A stretch of DNA of 64,000 nt, taken from Lingula anatina. Lineage: Eukaryota > Animalia > Brachiopoda. Under the pieces are notes generated by a model that did not search any database, had not been told where the DNA came from, and saw only the letters and a list, made by a program, of their open reading frames with translations. How positions within the stretch are numbered: position 1 is the first letter of the stretch; every line of letters begins with the position of its first letter. The translations under genes were made by a program, and so were the position numbers. Location: assembly GCA_051362555.1 (NCBI GenBank), contig CM120646.1, positions 18,414,001 to 18,478,000 of the forward strand, read 5' to 3'. Positions 28,974 to 41,003 of the stretch are shown in pieces.

Positions 28974-31900
28974 TTTGAGTGTAATATCTGAATTTGTTAA
29001 AAAGACTTTACAATAAAACATGAAAAAAAAGAAGGCTAGAAAAAAATTGATGAAAACAGGAAAATTGATTAAAACAAATAATGTAGAAATTAAAATGAAA
29101 CTTGATCACTCACTTTTAAAAATCATTCATGAAAAGAGGTCATTCAGGTTATACAAATACTAATCACAGGCAAATACATCAGTGAAGCTGTGACTTAATG
29201 CCATAATTATCTATATCACATTACATATACCATATATATATATGTTTTTTACCCTAGTCTGAGAAAGGAAAAGAGAGAATCACCTGAATAGAAGGGAGAG
29301 CAGGTTTGCTGAAAGCATCAGGTTGGTTTTGGGTATTCAGAGGAGGCAGAGGAGGTTTTGAAGAAGGTACACCCTGGAAGTTAACATGCAAACAAACATG
29401 CAGGTGACAGTGTGAGAATTGGGTTGGTTAGCATAGAAGACATAAAGCAAAAGTAAGTGATTAGTGCACATTAAATAAAGAGAAATAGAGGGGTGGGTAT
29501 ATCTTAAAGTGTAGGTTACTGTGCATGTAGAAAAGAGAAAAGAAACTGAAAACTGATAGCACAATAGACAGTAAAATGGGCCAAAAAGATTAAGCATTTT
29601 GTAACATGCAAGCAGTGGTAAGTTTGGGCAAAAAAGTCCATCTCCTGAGCATAGGTCAGCCTCTTACCTCCATGCTTCCCACTGGCCTGAGTGGTCCGAG
29701 AGATCCGTGTTTGCCCAGAGAACTGCCCATGGTGCTGCCCCCTAGAGTGTTCATGGGGCTCCCCAGGGTGTTCATGGGGCTCCCTAAGGGGGTCTCACCT
29801 CCCTTCAGTAGACCAAGTCCTTGTGGCTGAAACATAATTAGTTATATATTCAGTAAATATAGGCCTTTGTGTTCAATGTCCTTTTCACAAACCCATGTCA
29901 GGATGCTAACTGGGACAACACACATATGGGTACTTGCTCTGTATGACCTTTACTTACTTTATATTATAAAATACAATATAAAAGGAGATGAAACTAAATT
30001 TTAGACCCCTAACATATAAACATGATATGGAATAAACAGCTTTTGCTGAAAGATAATGGTACACATGGAAAAGATGTCATCCTACAGTTTACAAATGTAA
30101 CTGAAATCATGGGGTTATGTTGAATGAACTTCTGACAAATAAAAATGATGGAGAAGATGCTAATATTTATTTTTAACTGTAAGTTCACACCAAGACAGTT
30201 AACAGTCAAGGCAGTCAAGCACATTCAAATATATCCATCTGCTAAAGGTTAGTGTTACATAAAAACTTTCCCAGCTACTTTTATTGAACTGCTAAATAAA
30301 TGAAATGAAAATACAAAATTAGTGCTCTTACGATTCCTCACAAATATATTTATATGTAGCAAAGAAGCTGTACTAGAAGTTATCAAAAAGAATAAAATTT
30401 CAGAAATGTGAGCACGATGACATGGCTTTAAAGAGGCATCACAGCATTCAATTTTAGTTAATTGTATTTTATGGAAGCAATGTGGCAATAACATAACACA
30501 GTCTAAGTTTTGTGCAACTATCAACTTATATACAATCTAATTTCAACTAAGCCGAAATCGTCTTCAACACTAAGCTACAGTAGAAACAGCCATTCGTTTT
30601 TAAAAAATTGAGTTTTATTACAACAAAAATTAAAAAGCTGTTCCAAAGCTTTCAGATTTACCAAAGAAAAAATACATCTTTTTGGCCAGGGTTAATTTTT
30701 TTACAACTATGTTGCTTCACAATTAACACACAACAGTGCACAGAAACATAACACATGTACGGAAACATCAAGATGGTGCAATGAATAAAAGCAACGATAA
30801 GCAGTGTGCATTTACAGCCAAAATACAAACATTTATAAATAGCAATTTCCATTTTTCAGCCTACGCACATTTTCTAATAGAACAGGGTAAGTGAACATTG
30901 ATTGCATTGGACTAAATATCTAAACATCAATCAACTAATCACAGCACGTGCAATGCATTCTGGGAAGCCACACAGTGATCACCTGACTTATAGGACCCAA
31001 GGGCATTCTGGGAGAAGTGAGGGTTGCCTGGGGGGACCTCATTGTGGACACAGGTTGCAGGTCCTATAAATGTGTTATCAAACAGCACTGTATGGGACAT
31101 GTAAGCACTACACGATGAGTTTTCATACATTTTCACCAAAAATAATGGCCACTGTTTCCATTATATAACATGTTAATGGATGCATATGTTAATAGATAAA
31201 TCTTTTCATAACAGTCATGTATTCCATAATCATTGTCATTAGATACACTTTCAGTTAGAAGTACTTACCATACACAGCAAAAATTCACTATCAGGATTCA
31301 ATTTCTAACAAGTGCTAATTAGCAAATAATTTTGATAAAATTCTAACATCCATAAAAGCTTCACCTTACCTCATCCTTTTTGCCTTTCTTCTTTTTCTTG
31401 GCTGTGTCCTTCTTCTTTTTGCCAGCAGCTGCAAAAAGAAGATACCTTTTAAAATACTTTGTTACTGCTTTATCCCAAAAGACTATAGAGAACAAGGATT
31501 TCTTGTCAAATGGCGATGTCAAAAACCTAGGTCATTTTATGGTCTAAGTTAGTTCAGATATGAACATCTTAAGACAAGATTTTTGTAATAATTTATTCGT
31601 TCCTGTCTTAACATTAAAACAAAACATAAGTCAGTGTGAAAAAAAGGCAGAGTTTCTTGGTAAAAATGAGATGTTCATTAAAAATAATCCAGTAAAATGT
31701 GAGTCTAAAATAACTGATATCAGCAAGGACAATGTGTAAAAGTCTTTGATGAAGGGAAAGACATGTTAACATTCAAGTTAAGTGGACACTCCTAGGAGCG
31801 ACCCCAATCTATTACTACTTATAACCCTATCAGGCTAGGTTCACCAAAGACTAAAACTTCCATAGGGGAGGAGAGGGATTCATTGACCGAATGTGCAGAG

Positions 31901-32949
31901 CTTATCAACTTAATCAAGAGGCCATCAAAACTGGACAACAAGAACAAGAGTTAACCCAACATGGGTGTAAGTGTGTCTCACGGTATAAGATAAGAAGTGA
32001 CTGTGTTATCTGAATGCACCAGCACTGACCATTTCCAGCCCTGGGTCCCTGCATGACCTGCCTGCGCCTCTCATCCTCCACCATCTTTCTGTAGTAGTTG
32101 TCGCAGGGGTGGTCCCAGATGCTCTCCCCTGTGGAGAAGTTGAAGTAGTAGATGTCTCCATTGACGTCTTGACTGAAAGAGAGAAAAAGAATGATAAGAA
32201 AATGATAATAAGTATAATTATGCACAATTTTTAATGATTTTTAATGATTTTTTTAAAATGATTTTAAATGATTTACAGGCTTTCAGCAGATTGTCACTAG
32301 TATCATAGTTGGTGAAATAACAAAATTATGCTACTGCAAAGAGCTGGTGAGTGTCCTTACTCAAACTTATGTCATTATCCACTAACAGAAAAGTGCTGCT
32401 GTGGATTTTTTACCAGAAATAGATTAAGCCGGGGGTGATACATGAATATGTGTGTCGTATATGTGTGGGTGTTCATACATGTGTTGTTGTAAAATCATAT
32501 ATTCACCATGGTTTCCAGTCAGCTGGTAGTGGAGCGTTGATGCCTTCACGGGCAACATACATCAAATGAGGCTCTCTGTCCACATCAATCCCGATGATTT
32601 GAGCATATTCACGGATTTCTGAAATTTACATTTTACAACAAATGAGCGACACATAGATCTTCATATAGGTAAAATTTTGCACTTCTTACTAAAAAAATAA
32701 CGATAAATTATTTAAATGAACAAACTTAAACATGTATAAATTACAACAAGCAGTATCTACTTTTAATACCTTTTTACTGTAATAATTTGCTTATACATGT
32801 TAGATAAATAATATACCACATATTTCACATAAATACTTGTACAAATACAAAACTGACATATCACATTTTCTTTAAAAATCACCTTCTTCTGTGGGTTCAT
32901 AGCTCTCATCATAGTCTTCCTCTAATATCATCTGATCATTAATCATCAT
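14333..32949 (-). CDS. CEP164: Centrosomal protein of 164 kDa (centriole distal appendage protein), multi-exon
   Basis: The N-terminus spliced from exons 32949-32883, 32618-32507 and 32172-32030 reads [95 protein letters not shown], the diagnostic CEP164 N-terminal/WW region. A Lys-rich exon (~31428-31370), low-complexity exons (29.8-25.3 kb) and many E/K-rich coiled-coil exons (25.0-18.7 kb) follow. '[10 protein letters not shown]' (~15.85 kb) and the terminal '[16 protein letters not shown]' (14333) resemble the vertebrate CEP164 C-terminus as I recall it. Some internal exon boundaries are approximate. Confidence 0.93.
19148..19235. repeat. (CT)n(CA)n compound microsatellite
   Basis: Lies just downstream of a CEP164 splice donor; source of the spurious ERER/SLSL ORFs. 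Confidence 0.95.
28930..28972. repeat. (AAT)n microsatellite
   Basis: AAT run; similar runs occur near 14240, 19460 and 36870. Confidence 0.9.
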
Positions 32950-33357
32950 GTAGCCTTGGCAGCATTTTTCCTCATCTAAAGCACCTGGTGTACAGAGAAA
33001 TGAACAATCAAAATCTCATATCAAACTATTTGAGGTGGATTACTGAAGTGCATGCTTGCAACACAAAAAGCAACTGAGTTAAAAGAGAAGCTACATCTAG
33101 ACAGGAAAGCAATCGGAAGAATGTTAACAAGCTAGGTACAGCAAGAATTTCAATTCTAACTCAAGAAAAATATGAAAGCTCTACAACTAAAAAGGATTTA
33201 ACAAGTAAAGCAAATAGTTGAAATAGCAGAGCTCTGTTAGAGAAAAGGACAAGAAGTTGTTGTTATGAGTTGTTTGTTTCTCCAGCTCCCTTAAGGAGAA
33301 CAATTTAAGGCAAGGATATGATAGCATGACCCTGTCTCCCACCCTTTGCCTGCTAAC

Positions 33358-34360
33358 CTGCAAGACCCGACGCTCTTGCTATGTGTGTTAACCTCCAACG
33401 TGGCGGTCTCACCACTTGGCCCTCAGGGAGTGGCCGAGGATGGCGAATTTTACGCGGATGTGGCAGCTTATCCGAGGTCATCCCATGGAACAGATGTATG
33501 GGATGGTGGAACTCTGGATCCAGCACTCTCAACTCGTAGGACCCGCTAATGGTCTCATCCGAGAATGCTTTACGATACATGACAGGCAGCACGGGGCGTA
33601 CATACAGCAGCTTCTCAACGAAACCTGCAAGGTCAAGGTCTTTCCACCAGGCTCGAGGGGGCATGGTCCCAGCCCTGGGGAAGCGAGGAGGAACTCTGAT
33701 GCCAGTCCCCAGGGGTATATCAGCACCCAGCGGGTTATCAGGATGAAGAACCGGGTCAAACTCATCTTGCCAACTTGGGGTAACATACTCCAGATAAGAT
33801 CGGAGTTCTCCAAGGTAGTACATGGGATCATCTTCTTCAATGATTCTGTCTTCAAATATGCTCTCAGGTCTCCGAGTTGGCTGCATGTCATCTGGTGTCA
33901 TCTGTCCACTCCTAGCAGCAGGAATGACCCGTCTCTGTGGCTTCGGGACAGAGGCTTTATCTTTGTTCTTCTTCCTAGGACGAAGTCGTCCAACTTGGAT
34001 TTCCTCCCCATCCAATAAACTACGATTCTGCTGTCCTCTAGAGGCTTGTGGCAGTGTTGCTAGGGCACCAGGTTGTGGACCCAGCCCGTTCCTGCCTTGC
34101 TGTTCTCTGCCCAGAGAGAGAGGCTGTAGGGTGCCTGGTTTTGGGCGCTGTAAAGGGCCAGGGGCAAGTGCAGATGACCTCAAGCTTTGATCTGCAGGTG
34201 GCTGGGAGTTTTGAGCTGAGGATAGCCTTGGGTTTTGGCCACCTCCTGGTGGTGGCGCTGGTGGTTCTGCATTCCTACCTGTTTTACGACCAACAGGTGG
34301 CAGGTGCTCCTCTCCAAGAAGAACTAGAGTGCTAGCTCTGCCTATTGGAGGGAGGGGCAT
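33358..34360 (-). CDS. Pro/Gly/Gln-rich ~334-aa coding exon, putative alternative N-terminus of CEP164 (or a nested single-exon gene, 335 aa)
   Basis: A 1-kb, relatively GC-rich ORF in an AT-rich context. It ends GCA G|GTTAG (phase-1 donor at 33357), in frame with the acceptor at 32984, which reads (G)[17 protein letters not shown]. Confidence 0.65.
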
Positions 34361-35973
34361 ACTTCTTTATATAAAGCTGCAGTTGCAGTCTTTTATGCAA
34401 GTTAATTTATACCGTGGAGGTTTAACTCCAGTGCAAATTAAATTTGGTGAGAGTTATTGAGTAGTTTAATAGAGAGTTTTTAAACTCGTCTCGGCACAGA
34501 AGACGCAAGACGGGTTTTGGAAGGTTCAGTCAAATAGGGTTAGTCCTCCAGTAGAAACTGGATAAAATGGAAAAAACTGAAGAAAGAAAAAGTGAGGCAG
34601 AGATGAAAGAGCAGAGAACTAAAAGCCACAGAGCAAGCAAAGTCAGTCTGAATAAACATCTGCAAGTACCAGTACTAATAATAATAACATTCGACAAAAT
34701 GAGTTATAGTAAAAAGATATATTTTTTGAGGTACCATAGCTGTAATAAAACAAACTTTTTTACAATATTTCATATACAATTTACTATATTGATGCTTTTA
34801 AAAATTTTGTTGATAAAACAAATTTTGAGTCCAATATGAGTTAAGATCATGTTGATCAAAAGCATTATATTGGTAAAAATAATTTAACAAAATATATATG
34901 TTTTTTTTTTCAAAAATGTGGTGTATGGCTTAGATGACTGTCTCAAAGTGGTATGTGTGCCTGATAATGCTTAGGCTTACATGACAGTTTATTCAGGCTG
35001 ATAAAAAAAGTTCTAGACAGTAGAAACAGGTAGTTCAAAAACAAGCTGGCAACAAGATGGTAAATTCTGAGCAACATACAACATTTAATACATATTGATT
35101 ATAAAGGCTTACATCATTAAGTTTTAACCCTTTAGTAAACAAAAAACATTTTAAATCTAAAATCTAGTCAGTAGATGTATATCTTAGTGACTGGATAGCA
35201 TACTTATATATCAGATTTAGAGATTGGAAACACATAGGAAAGTTAACTTAGTACATCACATTGTTCAACTTTTCAGACATATTCAGGAAGTTCACTTTAA
35301 ACACTACCACCATCAATCTTCATTTTTACATCATGCAGGCTTTTGACACTAAATGTTGACATGCTTACCTTAATGTAATAGACACAGATGGTCTTCAACT
35401 TTAATTAACTAATAGTGATATTTAGTGCCTGACCAGTGTTGTTCACTATACTCTGAAATGAAGGAGTTGATTCATCAGATTAAAGAGATGGGGAAAAAAT
35501 CAACTACTGCTGACACAGTAGGTTTATTACCTTTGCATATCTGCAACTTGCAATACTGACAAACAATAACTAATGCAAATTGCCTTTGCTGTTTAAAATG
35601 CACTTTCAAACTTAGTCTAAGGAAAATGTTTTGGTAAATAACAGAGACGGGATGACAAATTACATTAAGTGAAATTAAAAAAATATATATCAAAATAGTT
35701 GTGAAAATTGGAAGGTATGTCCCAATTTATGATACTTTCAGCTGTTGTTACGTGACAATATGGCTTCCCGTTGTCTTAATAAGTTAACGCTTTGGGCGGA
35801 AATTACATCACAACTTCTAAAATTCAGGAAAACAGTCAATGTTCCGATTGGTTCAGCTATTAAAAAATACCAAATAACTCCAAGTACGCCAGTCTAACGT
35901 AAGCTGGACGAACGAAGTTTTAAGCATGCATTTTGCAACAGATTGGTGAGGTGAAATAAAAAATGTGACTTAC

Positions 35974-36145
35974 CCAGTCAAGACTTGAGCAAGGAATAGA
36001 TTCCCGTTGTCACACAAACATATGACGTAAAAATAACGTCAGAAACGTCAAAATACGCAACGAAAAAAACGTAAACAATCGTGCAACAATCAATCGGTAG
36101 CCATTTTGAATCTCCGTGACGCGCTGTTGCATGATGGGAATGGGC
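35974..36145 (-). promoter_or_regulatory. Probable CEP164 non-coding first exon and promoter
   Basis: Minus-strand donor TGG|GTAAGT at 35973; CpG-rich stretch with several TGACGT/ACGTCA motifs; YY1-like CAAAATGGC (36108-36100); Staf/ZNF143-like TTCCCATCATGCAAC (36140-36126). Confidence 0.6.
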
Positions 36146-36337
36146 TCTCCAAGAGAAACAATCAAGTTATTTTAATACAGCTTGTTTATGCAGCTGTATG
36201 AATGATTGGTGTAGATATGGGCATGATGCCAAATATGTATTTTGATAAAACAATTAACCACCCTTTCCCCCCTTTTGCTACTTACTGCTTCGATTCAGCA
36301 AATTGAGAACAAGCCTTTCTTTAATTTGAACGAAGTT

Positions 36338-36354
36338 GGGCCACCTAGCGGTTA
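36338..36354 (-). promoter_or_regulatory. CTCF-like motif
   Basis: Minus strand reads TAACCGCTAGGTGGCCC, matching the CCNCNAGRKGGC core. Motif match only. Confidence 0.4.
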
Positions 36355-36866
36355 AGATCAATACTACTGATGAATTATACTCGTAGAGTACTCCTATCCG
36401 AGTAAGTGTACAACCAACACGTACAACGCCCTTAACCATATTTCTTTTAGTTCAAAGGTTTAATTTTTCAACTACAAATGTGCCCAATAATGGACTCTGA
36501 CCTACAAGACAAAGTTGGGCTACTCCCGTTAAAACTGATAGAAAGGCGACTGGAATAAATTATGTGGCTCATCACAGACACATGCAGACCTTCCAACGCT
36601 CACGGATTTGCCGTAAAATTCATGCATTTAACGTATATCTCACGGATTGTTCAATAATTCTCAAGACAAATTCCAAGCAAATGTCTGAGTAAATAACGAA
36701 ATTGCATATTTATACCTGCTTGATCATTCAGTCATTCAGTCGCTTATTCATTCAACAGGCCTACTAGTAGACCCTACGTGACTAGGCCTACCGGTTATTT
36801 AGACCTACATGCAAGGCCTGGCTATCTAAGATTTTTTAAATTTTCAATAAACTTAAGCCTCTGTGC

Positions 36867-36914
<48 letters not shown>

Positions 36915-36962
36915 CTTTAGTTGGCAGATAGGCCTATTTAATTTCACTGAATGTGCTGCACG

Positions 36963-37880
36963 TTAACCAAAAAGAGCACTAAGACCAAAACTGCTGCCCT
37001 TAGCACATTTAGGATTGTACAGCTTCACAACTTGGTTGTAGGCAAACGAATACACGTTGCAACATATTGTCCACGGCTGGGGGAAAACGTAAGTTGAACT
37101 CGTGACGGATCGGCATTCAGGCGCAGTTTTAAAGAAGGCTAAAATTCGTCGACCAGGGGGTGGAAATGTTTTCTCTGCGTTCTCGCACATGACTTGCCCC
37201 CGGGGTTTCTTCATGCCTCCGCTGGACACTAAATCACCGAGGGTCGACGCGTTCGATCCAAGCGCTAGCCTTGCCAAGCGTTCACAGTCCGTGGGGCACT
37301 GTTGTAATACACTGACGCACACATCCGTCGTGCTGGGACTGGCCTTGTTCATCTGACGCCGCTTTTTAGTTTGGAAGAACTGTGGATAGACATCCGTAAC
37401 TCTAACGATTTTGTTGCCGTCATCGAGAGAGAGGTCATTTTGACGTTGCCCATAAAGGAGGTCCGGGAGCTGAAGAAGCAGTGGCCCCGGTGTGGTGCCT
37501 CGGTCTTCAGCATGAAGACTACATTGGCACCTGTAAGTAAAAGTAAAATTAAGAGAACTGAGCGAAGAAAAAATGGCTTCTCTAGTAAAGTAAAGTAGAA
37601 ATTTATCATCTTCCTTGTACCAGTAACATGTTTTTTTCCACATAGTTATATATATTCTGTATATACATGTAATTTTACTTCGATTTTTTATTTGCATATT
37701 TTAGCAGAGCAACATTGCCTCCAGCAATAAATGTATTCACAGGATTTCATGTTTTTATGGTGCTGATATACCACTTCAGTACAGAAAATATATAAATGAT
37801 GCGCTTTAGTTGGCGTTGGCAGGGGCGGATCCAGGATTATTTGAAGGGCCCCAAAAACTTTGGTATTTTTATGGGGCGAA

Positions 37881-37921
<41 letters not shown>

Positions 37922-39847
37922 CAGGACCCCTTTCATCCCCCCTCAAAATCCGCCAATGCGTTAAGATACAAATTGAAAATTTGTGAATGTCCCCTTTATC
38001 CTGTAATAATGTTCAGTAGACTACATTCATAGTTCGTTGTCAATGAACTAAGCATATTCTGCTTTATATAAGAAAGACAAGCGTGCAAAGTTTATATAAT
38101 TAGCTCATATATCACCGGTAGTTGTTTATATTTTCATCACCGCTGTTAATGAAATATGCTTACCGTTCAGAAGTCTTTTCAGTCCCAGCGCCTTGAACAA
38201 ATTTAAACACAGAAATTGAGAAAACATGTATGAATTAATATCTGTACATTTAGATTTAATTTATAAACAAATAAAGAAGGAACTTCAGCTTGTATATATA
38301 TATAGTGAGTCGTAAGTTGTCTGTATAAAACATAAGAAATAAATTGCAAAATTTTTTTAAAAAATATTTACTCAGTATACGCACCTACACCTCCGTAGCA
38401 TTCCAGCGACTTCACCAGCAGATACACCTCCTCACCATCTTCGTCCAGGTCCCTTATTGGCACCTGCATCACCGGCAGGTAGCGCTTATCATCAAGATAT
38501 CCCTCGTCCACTACCCATGAAGAGGTAGTCATGTAGCTGTTACAGTTCCCCCTATAAGAGAAGATAAAGATATCAACTCGAATTTTTCCGTTTTCTTTAA
38601 AGATTAATTAAAATCATGCTTATTATGAACTCCGGTCAATTTCCCGGACGCCCTTGTTTATGTAGCAGTTGTGTTGCGACTAGCACAAAAAATGATTTGA
38701 ACACTCGAGTAGTACTCATTTCCAAAGGTAGGCTACTGTACATGTAAGTCCCTTCTACCAAAATGCCATTTTGATATAAAAATGATCTTGGAATATTAAA
38801 GAGTAGGGGCCTAAGTAGAAAAAAATCTCCCACTGTGGCAAATAATAGATAGTAAAAGAGCAATAAAAGTACGAGTTGTTTGACTGTGATGCAGATTCAA
38901 AACAAACTTATGCGGGCGTAGATGAGTATACATATACCAGGATGCAGTGTACATCCCCAAAAATGTACAGAAATTGTCATATTTGTTTCATATTTGATAT
39001 CGCAAGATACAACAATACAAAATCCCACGTGCACATGTCATATTTATGTACACATAAACTTGTCGATCAAGGTAATGTAATACAATTAACATTTTATTTT
39101 CTCGGAAACATAAACAAATTAAATATGTTATGTCTCACCATTGATAGTCACAGCTGTTCTGCATCGCGCATGCGCATTTAGAGCTATTGGTCGGGGCACC
39201 TCCCCAGTTGGTCATGCCCCATCCTTGTCGGGAAACCCACCAAGGACTGCTGTGAAAATTGAATGAGAGGTGAGACTGGAATCGAACGAACTGTCGACAT
39301 TTGCCTGATATACGGGTTAGACTTTCAAGTTGCTCTTCCGTTAGTCTGTACTTAAATGACGCGTATCGTGTATAATTTCCTGGACCTTTATAATGCTGTT
39401 GGTTTGTACCATCTTCGGGTGGTAGTAAAGTGACGCCACGGCCAGGTAAGTCATCTCTAGTTGTACAGATGACCTGGAAGGAGTCCACACCCCCTGCACC
39501 GTCAGGGTCGATGGTGTATACACCTTCCCTGAATACGGTCCCGGCATAATGGCTTAAAACATCCTCGCAGGATCTGGGCACTATAAAGAATAATGGCAAG
39601 ACACTTTGTACCAGAAAACAGAAGTGAATGGAAATTAAAGTACCGGCTTTTGGCGGCGTGCCTCAGAGATTAATTCACAATTATTGGATGAAAACATAAC
39701 ATCTACTTCATTGCTCGATTCTATTTTTTTAATTTGTGTTGCATGAATTTTGTAAAAAGTGCAAGCCTTCTAATTACCTCCTTTACAGCCCACATCTTGA
39801 ATTGAGAGAAGACAGAAAATCGTGAATGCAATCTGCAAACAAGTCAT
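36963..39847 (-). CDS. Array unit A: secreted Caspr-type fibrinogen-like domain + Cys-rich C-terminal domain protein, ~422 aa
   Basis: Exons 39847-39778 (signal MTCLQIAFTIFCLLSIQDVGCKG), 39580-39139 (VPRSCED..YTIDPDGAGG..WWVSRQG..NWGGAP..KCAC), 38551-38391 (CNS..DEGYLDDKRYLPV..LECYG), 38191-38164 (28-nt linker) and 37530-36963 (CQCSLHAE..CPTDCERLA..GQVMCEN..ICC..KC). Phases are consistent. Confidence 0.85.
37820..37958. mobile_element. MITE-like element with GGCGGAT...ATCCGCC inverted ends and an internal poly-G
   Basis: CAGGGGCGGATCCAG at 37820 and AATCCGCCAATG at ~37947-37958; G-run at 37882-37920. Confidence 0.6.
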
Positions 39848-41003
39848 ATCGCGATCTCCAGTCTTTATCGCTTGGCTAATAGGAATCAAGTGCGCTATTT
39901 GTGAACTAGTCTTAAAATACAGGTGCAATTCATACGCCTACGCACTAAGAAGGGCACGCGCGTCTTATGACCTGTTTGCTGGGGTTATCGGGGGGGGGGG
40001 GTAGGAAACTAGACGTAATAAATAAATAACCCATTCAATTATAATGATACTGTTATTCATTGAGATAAATATCCATTGACCAGTTTATATAGTATATTTA
40101 ATTAACTTACTTATCAGCTTAGTCATTGGTTTAAAAAGGTAGGTTCTTAGTGAAATAAAAAAAAATAGTCCATATTTGTCTGTTATTGGATTCCAAAAAA
40201 GTGCAGCTTTTAATGATAAAAAAATACAGAATTGACAGATGCCCATTTTGCTTTGGAATCTACATATAGAAGAAAGCGACACGGCCAGATAATGTGATCG
40301 ACTCTACTCCAGCGCCATCAAATACTGGTACTGTGACCGTAAGACTAGAAGACCGCAGTACAAGATCTTAATTTGTAGAATTGGCGTCCTTAATGCATTG
40401 CAGAAGATGATATTTAACATGGATAAAAGTGTATAAATTGATTGACTACAAAGTGCGAACAGCGCCACGTGTTTTCCGACCTCGTGACCTTGCTATGGAG
40501 GTGAGGCGATCACGAACTTAGAATATCACCAAAGGATTTCAGCACACTATAAAATAAGTATGCTATCACGAATTTGCCTGCTTAGTCGAATTCCCTCAAA
40601 AATAAGCATTTAATTTTTTGAGATCATAATTCAAGACGGCCCTGCACTTAGATTTGATATTTTACACCTTTTTTGATGGAATAATTTAGTCCTAAATGGT
40701 TGGTCAGTCATCGTGTTGTCTTTTCGTACAATCCCTGTGCAGTTAAGGAGGAAATATCGACATCAGGATTTTTGTTTGAGGGTTCTTACTCTTAAAAAAA
40801 ATCTAAATTGGAACACATGAGAACCGGTGGCACCGCAGGATGAGTAAACATAGAAAATACGATTATTGAAAAAACACAAGTCATTGTCTTTGATAAATAA
40901 CACAAATAGCGCTATAAATTTTGCAAGAACTTTACTATTTCAACTGTGAACATTACAGCGATTTCACAAATACCTTACACAAGGCATTAGTTTCCCGTTT
41001 TTC

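Noticed and set aside
33985-34005. IQVG tetrapeptide in the 335-aa ORF as a second RHIM
   Set aside because: It is followed by RLRPRKK rather than xxNx(M/L) and lacks the flanking beta-prone residues; probably chance.
33416-34335. Plus-strand ORFs of 200, 122 and 95 aa opposite the 335-aa ORF
   Set aside because: Antisense shadows of a GC-richer coding exon, with no recognisable motifs or splice support.
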